Shown here in pieces: positions 57,827 through 64,000 of a DNA stretch of 64,000 nucleotides. The DNA comes from Rhodospirillales bacterium (lineage in GTDB: Bacteria; Pseudomonadota; Alphaproteobacteria; Bin95): contig JAYQLI010000035.1 of assembly GCA_038143065.1 (NCBI GenBank), positions 1,376,894-1,440,893 on the forward strand, read 5' to 3'. The translations under genes were made by a program, and so were the position numbers. How positions within the stretch are numbered: position 1 is the stretch's first letter; every line of letters begins with the position of its first letter. The notes beneath the pieces were generated by a model that worked only from the letters and a program-made list of their open reading frames with translations, was not told the origin of the DNA and searched no databases.

Positions 57827-58927
57827 ATGTCACTGTCCCAACACAATGATACAATTCGGTTCCTAGTCCTTGATGGTGATGGTATTGGGCCTGAAATAGT
57901 CCGGAGCACATTGACTGTGCTCGACGCTGTTTCTGATCATTTTGGGCTGCGCTTCTCATTCGAGAAGTTGCCAATAGGGTTTGAAGCATTATCCACTGAG
58001 GGAACATCTTTTCCAGAGCGCATTGTAGCCGCCATTCCAAATTGCGATGGCATTATTCTAGGGCCTGTAGATCATGCCGCTTACCCTCCCCCATCAGAGG
58101 GTGGTCTTAACCCCTCAGGCGAACTCCGAAAACGACTGGAGCTTTTCGCCAATATCCGGCCTGCCTTATCAAGACCAGGTTTTCCGCCACCGTGTGGCAA
58201 AAACGTAGACTTGGTAATAGTTCGTGAAAATACAGAAGGTTTCTATGCAGATCGATCAATGTTCCTTGGCAATGGTGAATTTATGCCAACGCCTGACATT
58301 GCGATGTCTCTTCGTAAAATTACTCGGGAAGGCAGCACACGGGTTGCAGTGGCTGCCTTTGAACTGGCCAGACGCCGACCTCGTAAGCTTTTAACCGCTG
58401 TACACAAAGCCAATGTGCTTCGGATTGGGGATGGACTTTTTCTCGAATGCTGTCGCGAGGTAGCAAAACAGTACCCGGACATCTCTTACGACGAAAAAAT
58501 TGTAGATGCGATGGCTGCTCTCTTGATTAGAGACTCAAGTCAATTTGACGTAATTGTTACTACGAACATGTTTGGAGATATTCTTTCCGACCAGGCCTCT
58601 GAACTTTCCGGCAGCTTGGGCCTTGCTGCATCATTAAACGCAGGTAAAGACTCAGCAGTTGCCCAGGCACAACATGGTTCCGCCCCAGATATTGCAGGAC
58701 AAGACATAGCAAACCCGAGTTCCTTAATTGGATCTTCGGCAATGCTTCTGGGGTGGCTAGGCGAACGTCATAACGACCAAAGACTAATTGAAGCTGCTGA
58801 GGCAATAGAGCAAGCTCTTAGTGAGGTTATTGCAGAGCCCGCCAAGCGCACACGTGACCTAGGAGGAAAAGTAGGAACACAGACATTTGCTGCCTATGTG
58901 GCAGACGCGCTGAGGAACCAAACCTAA
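57827..58927 (+). CDS. Isocitrate/isopropylmalate-family beta-decarboxylating dehydrogenase
   Basis: GDGIGPEI, ANIRP, RENTEGFY, HKANV, NMFGDILSD, HGSAPDIAG. Confidence 0.9.
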   Translation: MSLSQHNDTIRFLVLDGDGIGPEIVRSTLTVLDAVSDHFGLRFSFEKLPIGFEALSTEGTSFPERIVAAIPNCDGIILGPVDHAAYPPPSEGGLNPSGELRKRLELFANIRPALSRPGFPPPCGKNVDLVIVRENTEGFYADRSMFLGNGEFMPTPDIAMSLRKITREGSTRVAVAAFELARRRPRKLLTAVHKANVLRIGDGLFLECCREVAKQYPDISYDEKIVDAMAALLIRDSSQFDVIVTTNMFGDILSDQASELSGSLGLAASLNAGKDSAVAQAQHGSAPDIAGQDIANPSSLIGSSAMLLGWLGERHNDQRLIEAAEAIEQALSEVIAEPAKRTRDLGGKVGTQTFAAYVADALRNQT

Positions 58928-58930
58928 CCC

Positions 58931-60313
58931 CTAAGCTGATCTAAGCGCATTTCCTAAATCTGACACCGGCAGCTGGTCTAAATTCAATACTGCCTCGCGG
59001 ATTTTCTCTGCATGGTCTTCCGATATCGACATTTTTGCCGATGCCCTGAATTTTGCACTTACGCCAGCCTCATCTAACATACGTTCACCTGCACCACTAT
59101 TGATGGGAACATGACGGGAGATTGTTTTACCGTTGTCTAAGTGGACAGTTAGACCCCCTGAAAAGTAGGTTGGGAAAAGAGTATCGGGGTCTGATGCACA
59201 GGTAACTTTAGCTGTCAGGTCTAAAAGTTCAGGTTCAGAAAAGGCCTCATCTCGAAGTTCGGCTAAGCCAAAATAGCCCTTGGCCAGACAAGTAGCTATA
59301 ACAAATTGAGCGCTAAATTTTGCTTCATAGTCAGTCTTAGGAGTCAGCTTAGAGGCTGCAGGTTCGGCGACTATCGGCATTGTCGGCCCAGGTAAGTAAG
59401 CCTCTACAGACGAGATCTGCCCCACATCAATTTCACGACTTATTTCGATCGCAGCGTCTGCGCATCCATGTATAAAATGACATACTGGATATGGCTTGAT
59501 AGCAGTAACAGCTAATTCCCAGCGTTGTCCTAAATCAGCATCTAACTCATCCGCATCAGTATCTTTCAAATGAGATTGGAAATGCGTTTCAAAGAGTCCA
59601 AACTTACCTTCATAAACACGGCTAGGGCCAACAAAACCCTGTTGAGCCAATGTTGCAGCAGTAATACCAGCAACAGCTCCCCAGCCAGGATGAAAACGCT
59701 TCGTCCAGGCGCCCTCTTCAAGAAAAACTTGCAGGCCTGCTGCACTACTCCCTGTGACTCACTGAGCCATGGTTAATTCATCTGCATCTAGCCCCATGAG
59801 CTTACCTGCTATAATGGCAGAGCTGAAATGCGATGCGACAGCCGTTGCATGATACCCCGCATGATGGAAAGCACCTTTAGCAGCTAGGCCAATCCGAATT
59901 GATGTTTCCATGCCAGCAACATAAGCAACCAACACATCTCTACCACTTGCACCAACGGCCTCACCAACTGCTAATGCAGCAGGAAGCGTTGCGACGGAAG
60001 CATGTATAATTGCACCAAGATGTGTGTCATCAAAGTCAAGCCCATGCAGCAGCATCCCATTTGCTAAGGCTGCATCTCGCGCAGACATTCCACCCTGCTC
60101 ACCAATGACAGAACACGCCCCACATCCACCAAGTGCCTTAACTCCTGATATTGCCTTCTCTGCGAACGGGTAGGACCTAGCCGCAACACCAACGCCAATG
60201 GCATCTAAAATTTGAAGCTTAGCTCTGTGTTTGACTGAATCTGGTATTGCTTCCCACGACAAATTTGCCGTGAATTCTGCTAATGCTCTGGATTTAGACT
60301 TATCACTTGTCAT
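58931..60313 (-). CDS. MmgE/PrpD family protein; single in-frame TGA at 59759-59761
   Basis: AALANGMLLHGLDFDDTH, GYHAT, KRFHPGW, KPYPVCHFIH, AKFSAQF. Both ORF pieces are in the same frame. Confidence 0.9.
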
Positions 60314-60329
60314 TTTTTTGTCTCCATTC

Positions 60330-61110
60330 TTAACGACCCTGCCAATTTGGAATACGGCGCTCACTCATTGCTTTGACACCCTCTTTAAAATCTTCGGTCG
60401 CACGAAGTCTATCCTGGATCGCAAGCTCATGATCAGTAGCCGCTTTTACTTTCTCTGCTAAGCTGCCACGCATAGTCTTTCGCGTTTCAACAATGCCTAA
60501 AGGTGAACATTCAGCTATTTCAGTTGCAAAAGAAATCGCGGTATCACGAAGGTCTTCCATAGGCACAAGGACATCAACAAGCCCCCACTGAAAGGCTTCC
60601 TCTGCCTTTATGCGGCGGGACGTCATAAACATCAGTTCAGCACGATGTTTGCCAATCACTTCTGGCAAAGTCACGGTCAAACCAAATCCAGGATGAAAGC
60701 CGAGCCTCGTAAAATTGGCCACGAACCGGGCTTCTGGGCAAGCCACACGGAAATCTGGCATTAGCGCAAGTCCCAGGCCTCCACCTACTGCAGCTCCTTG
60801 CACCGCCGCAACCACAGGCTTGGGCGTTCTAAAAGCCTCACAGCCTCCACGTAAAGATGATTCCCACTTTTTGTTGCTGAGTCCCCAGCAGACGGTTGAG
60901 TGAAGTTTCCACCAGCACAGAAATTCTTTCCTCTGAGCATAACACTATTGCTCTGCATGCATTATCTGCACCTAAATCCTCAAACGCTGAAGCAAGTGAT
61001 TCAATCAGGTCATAGCTAAAATAATTGTGCGGAGGACGTCTAATTTCCGCAACGGCTACATAATTATCGAGTGTTACGTGAAGGTCTCCATATGTTCCGT
61101 ACTCCGCCAT
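60330..61110 (-). CDS. Enoyl-CoA hydratase/isomerase family protein; frameshifted
   Basis: RRPPHNYF, FCAGG, AAVQGAAVGGGLGLAL, TEDFKEGVKA. Confidence 0.9.
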
Positions 61111-61138
61111 TTTATATCTCCTCAATTTATTACAACTG

Positions 61139-62359
61139 CTACCACGCTGATTCTAATATCGCCAAGGAATTTGCCACTCTCTCTTCTGGAGAAGATAAAT
61201 TGGCAGACGCATTAAAATTTTTGACAGTTTCTATAGCAACCGCAATCAGGTCAGTTTTCTTGATAGGTAACTCGCGGAGGCGGATGGGCATCCCAACCTC
61301 TGCATATAGTTCTTCTAAACCATCAGCTATTGCTAATGAGATAGCCAGGGCATCTTTGCCATTCACATCAATTCCAAGTGCCTCAGCTGTCCTAGCGCCT
61401 GCATCAAAGGGCGGCGGCTCTGGAAAAAGCCGAATGGTGGAAGCATGGAGTACGCTAGTTGCCTCGCCCTGTCCAATAGCTGGGAATTTAAGGTGGAGTG
61501 CCGTTGCGACCGCATAATCGCTTGCAAACGGACCACGCGCCCTCATCGGCCGTCCATCGTCTTCTGCTCGATTTTGCAAAAATGCCGCAAGAGCCAGTTC
61601 CGAGCGAAGAAGTGGATTTTCTGAATCAGAATTGAGTCGTCCATAAGCCTGAGAAACGAGATTAAATGCTTGATCGAGATCGCCACGAACTAGAGGGTTG
61701 TGTGCCTTCTCGCCTAGTGTTGCAAATAGACCTGCAAATAATGTGGTGGCCGTCGAACGCAACACGCTTTGGGGCGCGGACATAAGCGCTCCTCATCAAG
61801 AAAAAATAGAGACAGGTCTGGTCTTCGGATCAAAATATTCCATCCTATGGTCAAGGTCTGAATTTTTAAGTCCAGTTCCCGCTCTATTCATGGCGGAAGT
61901 AGGGGTTGTCGGAATATTTATAATAGGTGGCTTAGGAGCCTTTAGGCGCGGACTGTAGGGTTTCTCGCCAGCCCGATATTGTGTCATCAGTTCAAATGGG
62001 TCTCCCTTTTCACCCATGAAAACAGCCACACCGCGCACTGCGACAATTACACTGCCTCCTCCTACTGCAATAAGCAGATCCGCTTGAGCAGACTTCGCCG
62101 CATCAGCGGCCTTTAAAACGGATGTGTAGGTGGAGTCATTTTCGATTCCATCGAAGTAACCACAGAAAGAATCACCGAGTGCTGCTTGGATCCGCATGAT
62201 TAGGTCCGTCTTAGCACTGATTGACGACGAGCAGATCACAAAAGCTCTTGTTGCTCGCTGCCGTGCAACGACCGATGATAATTCCATTTCAATAGCGCTT
62301 GGCCCAACGAATAATTTCCAAGAATATCCAGAACTTCGAAAAACTTTATCGGACGCCAA
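61139..62359 (-). CDS. Iron-containing alcohol dehydrogenase-family protein, divergent; disrupted near 61790
   Basis: ADLLIAVGGGSV, PIINIPTT, VGMPIRLREL. Two compensating indels lie at IFLDEEALMSAP. Confidence 0.8.
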
Positions 62360-62492
62360 TTGGTAATTCCTATCTTTGTTACAAAACTACTAAGTTTAGA
62401 GGTTAACACTACGAACAGTGGTTGGAGAGCTTTTAAAACACCTCTAAGCTAATGTTTTTCTCCTAGCGACTAATATCCGAGGAAAACCCTTA

Positions 62493-63383
62493 ATGAGCGT
62501 AACGAATATCAAACCTATTAGGTCCTACCTCTTTGTGCCTGCTCTGAAAGCCTCAATGATTGAGCGTGGAGCCGCAGCTGGAGCAGATGCAATTATTCTG
62601 GATCTTGAAGATAGCGTGCCACCAGCAGCTCGATTAGACGCAAGGGCTTTGGTAGTAGAGAAATTGCCCTGGCTAGCTGAGCAAGGGCAACGGGTTTATG
62701 TCCGAATAAACCGAAGCCCATATCTTTACGATTTTGATGACCTGAAGGCCGTTGTAGGGCCTCACCTCGAAGGTATCATCATGTCAAAACCAATCGGTCC
62801 TGAAGATGTGGATTGTCTCTCTATGATGCTATCCGAGGTCGAGCATCAGAAAGGTACTGTTGTCGGATCTACACGTCTTGTCCCAACACTGGAAACAGCT
62901 CGTTCAATGCAAAAGGCCTATGAACTCGCTCTCTGCGAGCGTGTTTCTGCTCTTGCTGGCCCAATGGCCAAAAATGGCGATAGAGCGCGTGCATTAGGTT
63001 GTGATTGGTCTATGGAAGGTCGGGAATCTCTATACCTGAAGTCTAGGGTGGTTATGGCTGCCAGAGCTGCCGGAAAAGCTCCCATTGGGGGTCTCTGGCA
63101 GCAGGTTCATGACTTGGAGGGACTTAAATTATTCTTGGCAAGAGAACGCGAGTTGGGCATTGCAGGTCAGATGATACTGCACCCCTCAAATGTTGCTCTA
63201 ACCAATGAAACTTTCAGTCCTACTCCTGAGGAAGTGGCCTTTTATCAAGGCATGATAGACGCCCACGAAGCGTCTGTCGCAGAAGGCAAGGCATCATGCA
63301 TATATGAAGGCGATCACATTGATATTGCTCACGTGCAAACTGCTCGTGAGATCGTGGCACTGGCAGCCTCTTTCGACGGTTAG
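62493..63383 (+). CDS. CitE-like CoA-ester lyase (HpcH/HpaI aldolase/citrate lyase family)
   Basis: RSYLFVPA, ADAIILDLEDSV, YVRIN, LETA, LHPSNV, FSPTPEE. Confidence 0.9.
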   Translation: MSVTNIKPIRSYLFVPALKASMIERGAAAGADAIILDLEDSVPPAARLDARALVVEKLPWLAEQGQRVYVRINRSPYLYDFDDLKAVVGPHLEGIIMSKPIGPEDVDCLSMMLSEVEHQKGTVVGSTRLVPTLETARSMQKAYELALCERVSALAGPMAKNGDRARALGCDWSMEGRESLYLKSRVVMAARAAGKAPIGGLWQQVHDLEGLKLFLARERELGIAGQMILHPSNVALTNETFSPTPEEVAFYQGMIDAHEASVAEGKASCIYEGDHIDIAHVQTAREIVALAASFDG

Positions 63384-64000
63384 CGGCTCGCTGTTTGGAT
63401 TGCGCTCCATACCTTCATTGGCGTTGCAGGCATGTCTATGTGTGTAACGCCATAGTCTGAAAGAGCGTCTATCAAAGCATTCATAACTGACGGCATCGCA
63501 CCTGCACAGCCTGCTTCACCGCAGCCCTTCACACCTAAAGGATTGGTCTTAGCTGGGCTGGGCAGATGATCAATGGCTGTCATGTCAGGCATATGATCGG
63601 CGCGAGGCATTGCGTAGTCCATGAAAGAACCCGTTAAAGGTTGTCCTTCCTCATCAAAAACTACTTCTTCCATTAATGCCTGTCCAATACCCTGCGCTAC
63701 ACCGCCATGAGCCTGGCCAGCTACCAACATTGGATTAACAACCACACCAAAGTCATTAACCATGACGTAGGACACCACTTCTACGACCCCGGTATCAGGG
63801 TCCACCTCAACCTCAGCTATATGACAGCCATTGGGGTAGGAGAAAGGAGGACCTTCCGCTATGTGAGATACGGACATGTCATTTTCCAAATCGTCAGGTA
63901 AATCTGTCGATGTTCTCGCTGCGGCTGCTAGTTCCATAATACCAATAGCACGATCGGTACCCGCGATAGTGAACTTCCCACCATCCGGCGCCACATTAAA
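63380..64000 (-). CDS. Xanthine dehydrogenase/CoxL-family molybdopterin-binding subunit, C-terminal part
   Basis: YPNGCHIAEVEVDPDTG, GQAHGGVAQGIGQAL, GSFMDYAMPRA, NPLGVKGCGEAG. Confidence 0.9.
   Translation of the reverse strand, partial: FNVAPDGGKFTIAGTDRAIGIMELAAAARTSTDLPDDLENDMSVSHIAEGPPFSYPNGCHIAEVEVDPDTGVVEVVSYVMVNDFGVVVNPMLVAGQAHGGVAQGIGQALMEEVVFDEEGQPLTGSFMDYAMPRADHMPDMTAIDHLPSPAKTNPLGVKGCGEAGCAGAMPSVMNALIDALSDYGVTHIDMPATPMKVWSAIQTASR

Noticed and set aside
59759-59761. Genome-wide TGA-to-Gly or TGA-to-Trp reassignment
   Set aside because: TGA terminates many genes at the expected C-termini (1286, 46782, 51657, 57823), so the standard code applies.
61790-61800. Double TGA TGA readthrough in the Fe-ADH-like gene
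   Set aside because: Explained by two compensating single-base indels restoring IFLDEEAL.
63380-64000. True aerobic CO dehydrogenase (form I CoxL)
   Set aside because: The diagnostic AYXCSFR loop lies outside the window; only a family-level call is possible.

Overview
This 64-kb window is chromosomal DNA of an Alphaproteobacterium. The 16S is Rhodospirillales-like by eye, coding DNA is roughly mid-40s % GC, intergenic spaces are compact, and a photolyase suggests a light-exposed aquatic habitat. Many genes are split by single-base indels or point stops, which points to an imperfect long-read or MAG consensus; the damage is worst at about 24-35 kb. From left to right: (i) 0-20.5 kb, metabolic genes: aromatic amino-acid decarboxylase (partial), F420-type LLM oxidoreductase, hydrolase, methyltransferase, multi-rhodanese, ribokinase, an active-site-divergent AcnA, a minus-strand flavin monooxygenase cassette, AcnB and a thioesterase. 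(ii) 20.7-33.4 kb, a lower-GC Tad/Flp (Cpa) pilus locus with an embedded Crp/Fnr regulator and probably two Flp pilins. (iii) A sterol-desaturase plus creatininase-like gene pair. (iv) A complete minus-strand rRNA operon (16S-tRNA-Ile-tRNA-Ala-23S-5S-tRNA-fMet). (v) 41.6-64 kb: M23 peptidase, photolyase, tandem SDRs, TRAP and ABC transport components, tag, and an organic-acid/organosulfur catabolic block (carboxyltransferase, two TauD, tartrate and LeuB-like dehydrogenases, persulfide dioxygenase, MmgE/PrpD, enoyl-CoA hydratase, Fe-ADH-like, CitE-like lyase, Mo-hydroxylase large subunit). No CRISPR array, integrase or transposase was seen. All calls come from motif recognition by eye; no database searches were run.
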